Assembly (NCBI GenBank): GCA_016874755.1 | Contig: VGTH01000021.1 | Coordinates: 13,456-77,455, forward strand | DNA length: 64,000 nucleotides | DNA from: Deltaproteobacteria bacterium | GTDB lineage: Bacteria > Desulfobacterota > Binatia > UBA9968 | Reading direction: 5' to 3' | In this document: in pieces, positions 18,320-27,292 of the stretch | How the letters are laid out: each line of letters starts with the position of its first letter | How positions within the stretch are numbered: position 1 is the stretch's first letter | Position numbers and translations under genes: made by a program | The notes under the pieces: model-generated | Told to the model about the DNA's origin: nothing | Databases searched by the model: none | What the model saw: the letters and a program-made list of their open reading frames with translations, nothing else

Positions 18320-18739
18320 TTAAGGGTTCGCCGTCGCCAGCGCCGCAGCGGTATCGTAGAACTCGAAGAACTCGCAGATCTTGCCGTCGCGGAAACGATG
18401 GAAGTCGGCCTTCGGTGTTTCGAGCGTCTTGCCGGTCTTCTTATGCCGAAACGAAATTTGACCCAGCGCAACAACCCGGTCCCCCTGGGCGATATATTCG
18501 TCGACGCGATAATAGTTCATTTCTCAATCGCTGGTGAGGCCAGCAAAGTAACGCTTCACGTCGTTCTTTGACTGTGCGACCTTGGTGATGTCCAATGGCA
18601 TTGTGCCTTCCGCCAGCGAGCGAAATTTCACGTCGTCGGTCATTAAGTTCAGCCAGTGATCGACGCTGCCAGCTTTGGACTCATGCCAGAGCCTGTAGGT
18701 TTCTTTGAGGATGGCGACGTTTTCAGTCTCTCTGCTCAT
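18320..18739 (-). pseudogene. SnoaL-like/NTF2-fold protein interrupted by one in-frame TGA
   Basis: ORFs 18524-18739 and 18320-18520 are in the same frame, separated by a TGA at 18524-18526. The joined product reads ...RYFAGLTSD-*-EMNYYRVDEYIAQGDRVVALG... Confidence 0.55.
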
Positions 18740-18813
18740 CTTTTGACCTCGCGCTGTTTGAGTGGCCTAGTCATAGCAAATTCTTTAGCTCGATGGCAGC
18801 CATCTGGCAGCGC

Positions 18814-19131
18814 TTAGTTCGAAGTTAACTTTAGCCCGACAATGCCTGCGATGATCAAGGCGATGCAAAAGAGACGCGGTAATGTTCCTGATTCCGAGAA
18901 TAGCACGATCCCGAGAATCGCTGTGCCGGCGGCGCCGATGCCGGTCCAGATTGCGTAGCCGGTGCCGACGGGGATCACTTTCAACGCTTGGGCGAGAAAG
19001 TAGAAGCTTGCGATCATGCCAAGCACGGTCATGATGCTCCAGCCCAGGTGGCTGAAGCCGTTACTGAGCTTCAAGCCGATCGCCCAAACGATCTCCAGCA
19101 ATCCCGCGACCACTAAAAACAGCCAAGCCAT
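18814..19131 (-). CDS. sugE: SMR-family quaternary ammonium compound efflux protein
   Basis: 105 aa with 4 TM segments. Motifs: MAWLFLVVAGLLEIVWAIGLK with the TM1 Glu, and GTGYAIWTGIGA. Confidence 0.9.
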   Translation of the reverse strand: MAWLFLVVAGLLEIVWAIGLKLSNGFSHLGWSIMTVLGMIASFYFLAQALKVIPVGTGYAIWTGIGAAGTAILGIVLFSESGTLPRLFCIALIIAGIVGLKLTSN

Positions 19132-19156
19132 GCAGGTCTCCGAAAATGTTTCACGA

Positions 19157-19678
19157 TTATTGATTCAGCGAGTTGTCCGCGTCGCGGGGAATGACGTGTG
19201 CCAAAACGCCAAGCTTGCTATGCGGCGCTGCGGTGCAAGCGATGTCTTGCTGCTTTGCCGGATTGCCGAGCTGGCGCACGCGCACGCCGGCTTCTCGAAT
19301 CGGTGGCGTCACATCGCCTTCGCTGTAAGCGAAGATCACATAACGATAGCCGTTATTGTCGAAGGTCACTTCGGTGCGATCGACCTGGGCGCGAAAGTAG
19401 TGGGCGTAGCGAAACGCGATTTGGGTGTTGGCGCGCTCGCGGGGGAATTGCAGTTCGACAGCGCCTGGCTTGCCGAAGCGGTATTGCAGGTAACCACGGC
19501 GGTTGTTTAGGCTTTGCGAGCCGCAAAGCGATACGAGTTTGGTCGCTTTGGCCACGGGACAGCTGAATAGGACTTGCTCCTCGGCGCGACATAGTGTCGC
19601 TGGAGCTGCGGGCGCCTCGCTGGCTAAGGCGATTGCAGGCGCGAGCAAAAAGAAGAAAAGAGCAAGCGTTCTAAGCAT
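19157..19678 (-). CDS. Secreted hypothetical protein
   Basis: 173 aa with a clear signal peptide (MLRTLALFFFLLAPAIALASEA). No recognised domain. Confidence 0.5.
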   Translation of the reverse strand: MLRTLALFFFLLAPAIALASEAPAAPATLCRAEEQVLFSCPVAKATKLVSLCGSQSLNNRRGYLQYRFGKPGAVELQFPRERANTQIAFRYAHYFRAQVDRTEVTFDNNGYRYVIFAYSEGDVTPPIREAGVRVRQLGNPAKQQDIACTAAPHSKLGVLAHVIPRDADNSLNQ

Positions 19679-19698
19679 CGGTACGTTGATGGTCGTGT

Positions 19699-20766
19699 CT
19701 ACGTGTTGAATCTAACATAGCGGCCTTCCTCTTTGGCGTCCTCTTGTGAATAAGTGACCGCATGAATCTGCACGCCCTGTTTGTTCTTGAGGCGAATCGT
19801 GCCGCCTTTGTTACCCAGCTGTGCCGACCGTCCGGAAAGCAGCACCAGCCGGGATTTGCCGGGCGGCAGCGACAACGCCGCGATGGTTTCAGCGTTGTCG
19901 TTCTTGTCGACGAGACTCCAGCCGCTAAGATCGACGGGCGCGGAAGTGGTGTTGCCGAGGACAATCGATTCTTTTTTGGTGTCGGTGCCGGGCGGATTGA
20001 CCAGCGCGCGCTCGATGTAGACGGCGGGGTTGGCTATTGGTGGCGGCGCCTGCGGCGGTTCGGTCCCCGGCGCGCTGCCCGGCGGGATGGGTTGCGCGTT
20101 TGGCAGCGGGTGGCCGGTGCTATTGTCGGTCGGCAGCCACTGGGTTTGAAAGCGCAGCATCAGCGCGACAAAGCGCGTTGGGAATCTCAATATCAGACCG
20201 CCGTCTTGAAAAACACCGTTGTCTTTCGCGAATCGGCCCGGGTGCGGGTTGCCCTGGTTCATGTGAATATCGTGCACCCCTTGCGTTGTATTCATCTCTC
20301 CATCGATGGGTCTAGGGCTGAAGGCTTCGCCCGGCTCGGGGAATCTGGCACCGAAGGCGAAAATTTCTCCGTTCTGGGCTTTGAGCTGTTTGAGATAAGC
20401 GATCAGCATGTCCTGCAGATCGTCATTCTCTCCCGGACGCGTGGAAGGAACGGCGACACCCGTGGGCCAATCGAAGAGCGGCGCGCGCAGATAGTCGACA
20501 GCTGTCGACGCCGAACGGGATGGCGCGGGCAGCAGAGTAAAGCCGCTCGCCACCTGAGGCAAGTTGGCCAGCAACGGGTGGCTCTGGAGCGGGTCGACTC
20601 GATGAAAAATCAGAAACGATTGGTCGGCCGAGAGCACGTTGACCGGCACGCGCCAGGCTTTGTTCTGGCCGTCGATGACTTTGATTTGTAGATGCGGTGT
20701 GTCGAGATCGTCTTCGCGCTTGAAGATATCGATCTTGCCGCGCAGGACGCCGTACGCTAGTGCCAT
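19699..20766 (-). CDS. DUF2278 (YukJ-like) domain fused to a lamin-tail domain (LTD)
   Basis: The N-terminal region carries YGVLRGKI...DIHMNQGNPHPGRFAKDNGVFQDGGLILRF...TDNSTGHPL. A Pro-rich linker follows. The C-terminal region reads NPPGTDTKKESIVLGN...VDLSGWSLVD...GGTIRLKN. Confidence 0.7.
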   Translation of the reverse strand: MALAYGVLRGKIDIFKREDDLDTPHLQIKVIDGQNKAWRVPVNVLSADQSFLIFHRVDPLQSHPLLANLPQVASGFTLLPAPSRSASTAVDYLRAPLFDWPTGVAVPSTRPGENDDLQDMLIAYLKQLKAQNGEIFAFGARFPEPGEAFSPRPIDGEMNTTQGVHDIHMNQGNPHPGRFAKDNGVFQDGGLILRFPTRFVALMLRFQTQWLPTDNSTGHPLPNAQPIPPGSAPGTEPPQAPPPIANPAVYIERALVNPPGTDTKKESIVLGNTTSAPVDLSGWSLVDKNDNAETIAALSLPPGKSRLVLLSGRSAQLGNKGGTIRLKNKQGVQIHAVTYSQEDAKEEGRYVRFNT

Positions 20767-20905
20767 GTTCCGAGACTCCTGTCTCGTGCAATCAACATCA
20801 CGGCGATCCTAACACATTGTTTAGTTATCGCTGCAAGAAGATTTGCGACAAAACGACAAAAACCATGCTTGGTAACGGCGGAATCTTCATGTTACAAAGC
20901 GTCGC

Positions 20906-22669
20906 ATGATTTGCAGCAAGAAAAACCTCGCGCGATTGGTTCGCGGCGCGATGGGTGAGATTCCGGCCGATGTGATTCTGCGCGGCGGCAAACTCGTCAA
21001 TGTTTATTCCGGAGAAATCCTCGACGGCATGGAAATCGCGGTCATCGACGAACGGATTTGCTATGTCGGCCCCAGCGCGGAGCATGCGCGTGGCGCGCAG
21101 ACCGAAGTCGTCGAGGTGAACGGTCGCTACCTTGCGCCCGGTTTCATCGATGGCCACACGCACGTCGGCCATTACGCCCGGCCGTTCGAGAACCTGCAAT
21201 CGTTCATCGCCTGCGGCACGACGGCACTAGTCGCCTCGTGCGACGAGGCGGCGAGTGTCTTCGGCTACCGCGGCTTGCAGTTTTTTCTCGACGAGGTCGC
21301 GGCGCATCCGCTGCGCGTTTACACGCTGGTGTCGATGACCGCGCCGCAGGACCCGTTGTTGTGCAGCACCGCGACGTTTAGCGATGAAGAGATAGCCGCG
21401 GCGCTGACCGATCCACGGGTGTTGGGAATGGGGGAGATCGTCTCTTGGCTGCGCTTGTTACAATGCGACGCAGAGATTCTCCGGCGCATCGAGCTGGCAA
21501 ACGCCAATGGGCAGCTCATCCACGGCCACACCGCGGGGGCGCGCGATCGCAAGCTTTGCGCGGTGGCGGCGACGGGCATCTCGTCGTGCCACGAGCCGAT
21601 TCAACTGGAGGATGCCATCGAGCGGCTGCGCTTGGGCTACTGGACGATGCTGCGGGAAGGCTCGCTGCGCCAAGACCTCGAAGCGACGCTCAGGCCTTTG
21701 CTCGACACCGGCGTGAATTTGAGCCGTTTGATTCTCGTCACCGATAGCATGACGCCCGACGACGTCGCTGAGCGCGGTCACATGGACAACGTCGTGCGCC
21801 GGGCGATCGAGTGCGGCTTGTCGCCGCTGCGAGCGATTCAATCGGTCACGCTTCGTCCGGCGACCTATTCCGGTATCGCGCAGGATGTCGGCGGCATCGC
21901 GCCCGGGCGCTTTGCCGATATCGTCTTGATCGACGATCTGGAGCGCTGTCATGTCGAGCGGGTCATGGTGGGCGGCAAGTGGGTGGCGGATAAAGGCGTG
22001 TCGCAGGTGAAGAATGAGCCCATCTCGGTGCCGCCGGAATTTCTAAATGGACTCAGCGTCGGCGCAAAGGTTTCGCCCGAGACTTTTAAGATCAAATGCC
22101 AGACTGCCAATCCGAAAATTCGCGTCATGGAGCTGGTCAACCAGACGATTACAGCGGAGCGGATTGTCGAAGTAGCAGCGCCCGCGGCGCACGTCGAAGC
22201 CAATCTCTATGACGATCTTCTCAAGGTGGCGATGTTCGACCGGCACCGCAGCGTCGGCGCGGCTTTCGGTTTTCTAAAAGGCTTGGGCATTAAAGTGGGC
22301 GCAGTCGCCACGACCGTAAACCTGGACGAAAACAGTCTGCTGGTCGTCGGCGCCAACGACCAAGACATGGCGCGTTGCGCCAACGTTCTGCTCGATTGCG
22401 GCGGCGGTGTGGCGATCGTCGAGGGCGGCCAAGTGTTGGAGCGACTCGACTTGCCGGCGGGCGGGATTTTTTCGCTCCATCGCTGGCAGCAGGTTGCTAA
22501 GCGGCTAGCACGGGCTCAACAGGTGCTGCGCGAACAGGGCTCGCCGTTTGACAAGCCGCTGTTCGCGCTTAGTTTTCTTCCCTTTGTGACCTTGCCGGCG
22601 TTGCGTATTACCGCGCGCGGTTTAGTCAACGCGAAGGAGCGTAAAATTGTCTCGCTAATCGTGGAATGA
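20906..22669 (+). CDS. ade: Adenine deaminase (amidohydrolase superfamily)
   Basis: 587 aa with a GFIDGHTHVGH metal motif. Length and C-terminal domain are typical of Ade. Confidence 0.8.
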   Translation: MICSKKNLARLVRGAMGEIPADVILRGGKLVNVYSGEILDGMEIAVIDERICYVGPSAEHARGAQTEVVEVNGRYLAPGFIDGHTHVGHYARPFENLQSFIACGTTALVASCDEAASVFGYRGLQFFLDEVAAHPLRVYTLVSMTAPQDPLLCSTATFSDEEIAAALTDPRVLGMGEIVSWLRLLQCDAEILRRIELANANGQLIHGHTAGARDRKLCAVAATGISSCHEPIQLEDAIERLRLGYWTMLREGSLRQDLEATLRPLLDTGVNLSRLILVTDSMTPDDVAERGHMDNVVRRAIECGLSPLRAIQSVTLRPATYSGIAQDVGGIAPGRFADIVLIDDLERCHVERVMVGGKWVADKGVSQVKNEPISVPPEFLNGLSVGAKVSPETFKIKCQTANPKIRVMELVNQTITAERIVEVAAPAAHVEANLYDDLLKVAMFDRHRSVGAAFGFLKGLGIKVGAVATTVNLDENSLLVVGANDQDMARCANVLLDCGGGVAIVEGGQVLERLDLPAGGIFSLHRWQQVAKRLARAQQVLREQGSPFDKPLFALSFLPFVTLPALRITARGLVNAKERKIVSLIVE

Positions 22670-22676
22670 GACGAAC

Positions 22677-23078
22677 TTAGGATACGCCTTCTTTCTTGGC
22701 GTCCTGGCGCAGCGGCAGCACGCGGCCCTCTTTTTTCATCGAGATGTGGCCTTCGAGAACGGCGCCGTCACCGATCACCAGACTTTGTGCCACGACATCG
22801 CCGACGACGGATCCCGGCGGTTGGACTTCCAGCCGTTTTTCGGCCTGCACATCGGCCATCACTTTACCTTGGACAAGAATAGAAGTGGCAGTGATTTTCC
22901 CTTTGATGGTAGCCTGCTGTCCCACCGTGATGTTGGCTTGAGCGACAATCTCGCCTTCGACTTCGCCCTCAATGACAGCGGGGCCGTCAAAATGCAGCTT
23001 GCCATTGATCTTCGTACCGGGGCCGAGATAAGCGCCTACGTCTGCTGGAATGCCTGCTGGTCTTGTTGCTTCTGCCAT
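22677..23078 (-). CDS. Bactofilin (polymer-forming cytoskeletal protein)
   Basis: Repetitive beta-helix pattern (INGKLHFDGPAVIEGEVEGEIVA...IKGKITA...VQGKVMADV). Start at ATG 23078. Confidence 0.85.
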   Translation of the reverse strand: MAEATRPAGIPADVGAYLGPGTKINGKLHFDGPAVIEGEVEGEIVAQANITVGQQATIKGKITATSILVQGKVMADVQAEKRLEVQPPGSVVGDVVAQSLVIGDGAVLEGHISMKKEGRVLPLRQDAKKEGVS

Positions 23079-23244
23079 AAATCTCCCCTTTCTAAGCGGT
23101 GACAATAGCTATAGGCTGAAACTCGGATTTTGTCTACGATTTGCGCCAAGAAATTTACATTGCTTTGCGTCGTGCTGGCGCCCTCTGCTATAAATATTTT
23201 TCCACAATAAAATCAGCGCTTTTTGGCGTGGAGGAAACCACCAG

Positions 23245-24708
23245 ATGTTGATTCAGGATTTGCGGGATTTTCTCGACTTGTTGGACGAGCACGAGGAGCT
23301 GCAGCGAGTTTCTGCGCAAGTCGATTGGAATCTCGAAATGGGCGCGATCACGCGTCGCTGCTACGACCTCGGCACCGGCGCGGCGCTGTTTGAGAACGTT
23401 AAGGGGTACCCCAAAGGCTTTCGTGCCCTCGGCGCGCCGCTGGGCACGAGTCTGCGGCGCGGCCATTCGCTATTCGCGCGCACGGCCCTGGCATTGGGCA
23501 TGAAGCCGGTGGCTTCGCCCAAGGAGATCATGCAGACCTATCTCGAGCGCAAAGAAAAATTACTCAAGCCGATCGTCGTCAATACCGGGCCGTGCAAAGA
23601 AAATATCTTGCGCGGCGACGACGTCGACGTGCTCAAGTTTCCCATCCCGCTGATTCACGGCGGCGACGGCGGCCGCTACATCGGCACGTGGCACACCGTG
23701 ATCACCAAAGATCCCGACAGCTCATGGGTCAACTGGGGCATGTATCGCTTGATGGTACATGACCGCAACACCTTAGGCTGTCTGTTCCCGGCGCAGCAGC
23801 ATATCGGCCAGATGTACCAAAAATATGAGGCGATGAATAAGCCGATGCCGGTGGCTGTGGCGATCGGCGGGCAGCCGGTGATTCCGATCGTTAGCTGCGT
23901 GATGATTCCGCCCCACGTCAGCGAAGTCGAAGTGGCCGGGGCGCTGCAGGGTGCGCCGATTCCTTTGGTCAAATGCGAGACCGTCGATCTCGAAGTGCCG
24001 GCGTCGGCTGAAATTGTTTTGGAAGGCGAGGTGCTGCCGCACGAGCGCATGGTCGAAGGACCCTTCGGCGAATACATGGGCTATGAAGCCGGCAAATCGT
24101 CGCCGAAACCGGTCATGAAGATCAACGCCATCACTTATCGCAACGATCCAATCCTACCGTTTTCCAACATGGGCATGCCGGTGCATGAAGGCCAAACCGC
24201 CACCGCGCTCATCAAAGGGGCAGAAATCTACGGCGAGCTAAAGAAGTTGGGAATCCCCGTCAGGGGAGTCTACTGCCCGCCACACGCGGTGGGCCATATG
24301 GTGGTGGTTTCCACGGAAGTGCCGTTTATCAACTTTGCGCGCCGCGTGGCGCATGCGATTTGGGCAACCAAGCCGGGCTTGTTTGTTTACTACATCGTTG
24401 TCGTCGAGCCCGACGTCGATCCCACTGATATGGATCAGGTGCTGCACGCCATGACGACCAAGTGCCACCCGGTGAACGGCATTCACCCTGTGCCGCATAT
24501 TCCAGGCTTTCCCGTTTTGCTGCCGTTCTTACCGCCGAAGGAGCGCTTAAGCGGCGACGCGGCGGGAGTGATTTTCGATTGTACCTGGCCAAAGGACTGG
24601 CCAGAGGAATCCATCCCCGTCAAAGCGAGTTTTGAAAACCTCTGGCCTAAAGAATTGCAAGAAAGAGTTTTGACGAACTGGGAGACCTACGGATTCAAAA
24701 AATCATAG
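23245..24708 (+). CDS. UbiD-family (prFMN-dependent) decarboxylase, copy 1
   Basis: 487 aa with DLRDFLDLLDEHEEL at the N-terminus, GGRYIGTW, and EGPFGEYMGY. A GGAGG RBS lies upstream. Confidence 0.9.
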   Translation: MLIQDLRDFLDLLDEHEELQRVSAQVDWNLEMGAITRRCYDLGTGAALFENVKGYPKGFRALGAPLGTSLRRGHSLFARTALALGMKPVASPKEIMQTYLERKEKLLKPIVVNTGPCKENILRGDDVDVLKFPIPLIHGGDGGRYIGTWHTVITKDPDSSWVNWGMYRLMVHDRNTLGCLFPAQQHIGQMYQKYEAMNKPMPVAVAIGGQPVIPIVSCVMIPPHVSEVEVAGALQGAPIPLVKCETVDLEVPASAEIVLEGEVLPHERMVEGPFGEYMGYEAGKSSPKPVMKINAITYRNDPILPFSNMGMPVHEGQTATALIKGAEIYGELKKLGIPVRGVYCPPHAVGHMVVVSTEVPFINFARRVAHAIWATKPGLFVYYIVVVEPDVDPTDMDQVLHAMTTKCHPVNGIHPVPHIPGFPVLLPFLPPKERLSGDAAGVIFDCTWPKDWPEESIPVKASFENLWPKELQERVLTNWETYGFKKS

Positions 24709-24716
24709 CACTCTGA

Positions 24717-24917
24717 CTAGTGGGCTTTCAGCGTGCCGTTTTCTTCTTCTTGTACCCATTCATTGAAGCGGCTTTCGAGAATGCGCCATTGACCGCCGAC
24801 TTTGAAGGCGGGGATGTCGCGATGCTGGATCATGCGATGCAGCGTGCGCTTTGAGATCTTCAAAATCGTCGCCGCCTCGGCAAGGGTGAGCAATTTAATC
24901 GTTTCGATGTTTTCCAT
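24717..24917 (-). CDS. Excisionase-type helix-turn-helix DNA-binding protein
   Basis: 66 aa with LTLAEAATILKISKRTLHRMIQHRDIPAFKVGGQWRI (HTH_17-like). Confidence 0.75.
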   Translation of the reverse strand: MENIETIKLLTLAEAATILKISKRTLHRMIQHRDIPAFKVGGQWRILESRFNEWVQEEENGTLKAH

Positions 24918-25174
24918 TTATAGACCTCCCGCAGCGCCGAGAGTGAGCAACGCCTATGCCAGTGGGCGCTCCCGACACGGCGTGAACAACCGTTGATAAG
25001 TTAACGCTCTTCAGTCAAGCCAAGGCATTTTCCAACCTGCAAGACTGCGCAAATTCCGGCAATACCCATGGCGGTGCTGACAAAGTTGGAAAGCCAGTGC
25101 GCGCTGCGGCGCACGGCAAAGCTGCCGTTGGAGCACGCGAATCCGCGTTGCGTCAGGCCCGCCGGGTAAATTGC

Positions 25175-25201
25175 TTGACATATTAAATATTGCACTATAA
25201 A
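25175..25201 (+). promoter_or_regulatory. Candidate promoter ahead of the 25.2-35.4 kb operon
   Basis: TTGACA at 25175-25180 and TATAAA at 25196-25201, with a short 15-nt spacer, in a locally AT-rich stretch. Confidence 0.2.
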
Positions 25202-25243
25202 GCTTTTTACACTGCCTCAATTTAATCGTTAAATCGAGAACTT

Positions 25244-25678
25244 GTGAAAATGTTTCGCTGCAAGTTTATTGCGTTGAAAACTGTCGCTTTGATTCTCTTT
25301 ACGCTTGTGACCGGGGCCCTGCTGCCACAGGCGGCAGCGCAAAATCGGGCGACTCCGGTGCCAGACTGGGACAAGCTCGTCGAAGCGGCGCGCAAAGAAG
25401 GTGGAGTCACGATTGCAATTCCTGCCAGCGTCGAGTTGCGCAAGCAGCTCGAAGAAAATTTCAAAAAAAGATTCGGCATCGAAGTCGAAGTGTTCACTTC
25501 GCGCGCCAAAGGCCGCGCCGCGGTGATGATCGGCCTCACATACTATTCGTTTCTCCCTTTCATAAAAGCCGGGTTGCCGATCAAACCGCTGCCGACGTTC
25601 AGAGAAGGCACCTACGGTACCGGCGGCAGTGGTAGCCGGCGGCGAAGTTTGCGCAGGCACTCTTGCGCTAGTCAGTGA
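25244..25678 (+). pseudogene. Substrate-binding-protein paralog with internal deletion and C-terminal truncation
   Basis: The signal peptide and first ~87 aa (DWDKLVEAARKEGGV...) join directly to the GLTYYSFLPFIKAGLPIKPLP block, which lies ~150 aa later in intact paralogs. The frame then degenerates. Confidence 0.6.
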
Positions 25679-25706
25679 TTTCACAGCCACGGAGGAGGCA
25701 ATCTGC

Positions 25707-27290
25707 ATGGCACGCGAATATTTCACTGATTTTCGCGACTATCTAAGCGCGCTGGAAAAGCTCGGCAAGCTGCATCGCTGGCAGCGCGCGGTCAACAAAG
25801 ACACGGAATTGATGCCGCTCATGCGGCTGCAATATCGCGGCATCGGCGACGAGCAACGCCAGGCGTTTTTGTATGAAAACGTGACCGACAGCAGGGGCGT
25901 GCAGCATGAGCTTCGCGTCGCCACCGGAGTCTACGGGTCGTCGCGGCCGATTGCCGCGTTGGGTTTAGGGTGCGACGAGCCGCTGGAGATCTACGAGAAG
26001 TGGCGCAACGCCTTGGCCAAACCGATCGAGCCGCGCAAGGTGCAATCCGCACCGGTGCAGGAACTCGTTTACACCGGCGAGGCGCTGAAAAAATTCGGCG
26101 TCACCGGGTTGCCGGCGCCGGTGGAAGAGCCCGGCTTTAGCGGCGGCATCCGCGCCACCGCGCCATTTATCACGGTCGATCCGAAGGACGGCGTGCGCAA
26201 CGTCGGCATGTACAGCGGCCATTTTCGCAGCGAGCATCATCTGATCGCCGGCATTGCGCCGGTGCACCATGCGATGCTCTATCATCACCGCAGCGCAGCA
26301 GCAAAAAAGGAATCGTTGCCGGTGGCGATCGTGCTGGGTTCGCTGCCGGACGTCACTTTCGTTTCGGCAGCCAACTTGCCCTACGGCGTCGATGAGCTGG
26401 CCGTCGCCGGCGGCCTTCGCGGCCGGCCAGTGGACGTCGTGCCGTGCAAGACGATCGCCCTCGATGTGCCCGCCGACGCCGAGATTATCATCGAAGGCGA
26501 AATCTCCATCGATCGCAAAGAGCGCGGCGAGCCGTTTAGCGACTATCCCGGTTACTTGATGGTTGAGCGCGAACCCCGTGCGGTGATTGACGTGACCGCA
26601 ATCACCATGCGGCGCAACGCGATCTTTACGGCGATTCTGGTCGGCCTGCCGCCCAGCGAATCCAACGGCATCTCGCGCACCTGCCGGGAGATGATGCTGT
26701 ACAATTTTCTGCGCTACAGCTGCGCCATGCCGGAAGTGCTCGAAGTCGCCTGTCCTGAAATGGGCGGTGGCTGGAACTGGTGGGTGATTCGGATGAAAAA
26801 AAGCCATCCGAGCAAACCCAAACAAGCGCTGCACGCGGCGTCAGGCATGGACCCGACGAGTAAAATGATCATCGTCGTCGACGAGGATATTGACCCCAAA
26901 GATCCCGAAATGGTCATGTGGGCGATGAGCTTCGCCATGCAGCCGCATCAAGACGTCGAGATCAGCACCGGCCGCTCGCCGCTGCTCGATCCGTCGGCTC
27001 ATTCGCTGATGCGCGGGCGTGAGGAAAGAAGTTTTCCAGGAGCGGTCGGCTGTTCCGGTTTGTTGATCGATGCGACCCGCAAAGGGCCGTTTCCGCCGGT
27101 GGGCCTGCCGAAGAAATCCTACATGGAGAAGGCGCTGAAGATTTGGCAGGAAGCCGAGATGCCCAAGCTCAATCTGAAGACTCCTTGGTATGGTTATCCG
27201 TTGGGTCTCTGGGATGAGGAGGATGATCGACTCGCCGAGAAGGTAACACAGGGGGAGTATTTTCAGCACAAGCAGCCGAAAGGACACTAG
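25707..27290 (+). CDS. UbiD-family decarboxylase, copy 2 (divergent)
   Basis: Start at ATG 25707 (MAREYFTDFRDYLSALEKLGKL). UbiD core blocks are present, including the divergent FSDYPGY version of the EGPFGE-type block. Confidence 0.85.
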   Translation: MAREYFTDFRDYLSALEKLGKLHRWQRAVNKDTELMPLMRLQYRGIGDEQRQAFLYENVTDSRGVQHELRVATGVYGSSRPIAALGLGCDEPLEIYEKWRNALAKPIEPRKVQSAPVQELVYTGEALKKFGVTGLPAPVEEPGFSGGIRATAPFITVDPKDGVRNVGMYSGHFRSEHHLIAGIAPVHHAMLYHHRSAAAKKESLPVAIVLGSLPDVTFVSAANLPYGVDELAVAGGLRGRPVDVVPCKTIALDVPADAEIIIEGEISIDRKERGEPFSDYPGYLMVEREPRAVIDVTAITMRRNAIFTAILVGLPPSESNGISRTCREMMLYNFLRYSCAMPEVLEVACPEMGGGWNWWVIRMKKSHPSKPKQALHAASGMDPTSKMIIVVDEDIDPKDPEMVMWAMSFAMQPHQDVEISTGRSPLLDPSAHSLMRGREERSFPGAVGCSGLLIDATRKGPFPPVGLPKKSYMEKALKIWQEAEMPKLNLKTPWYGYPLGLWDEEDDRLAEKVTQGEYFQHKQPKGH

Positions 27291-27292
27291 CC

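Noticed and set aside
24717-25243. Excisionase-type HTH gene as a marker of a prophage or integrative element
   Set aside because: No integrase, att-like direct repeats, tRNA target or phage genes lie nearby. Small HTH_17 proteins also occur as stand-alone regulators.
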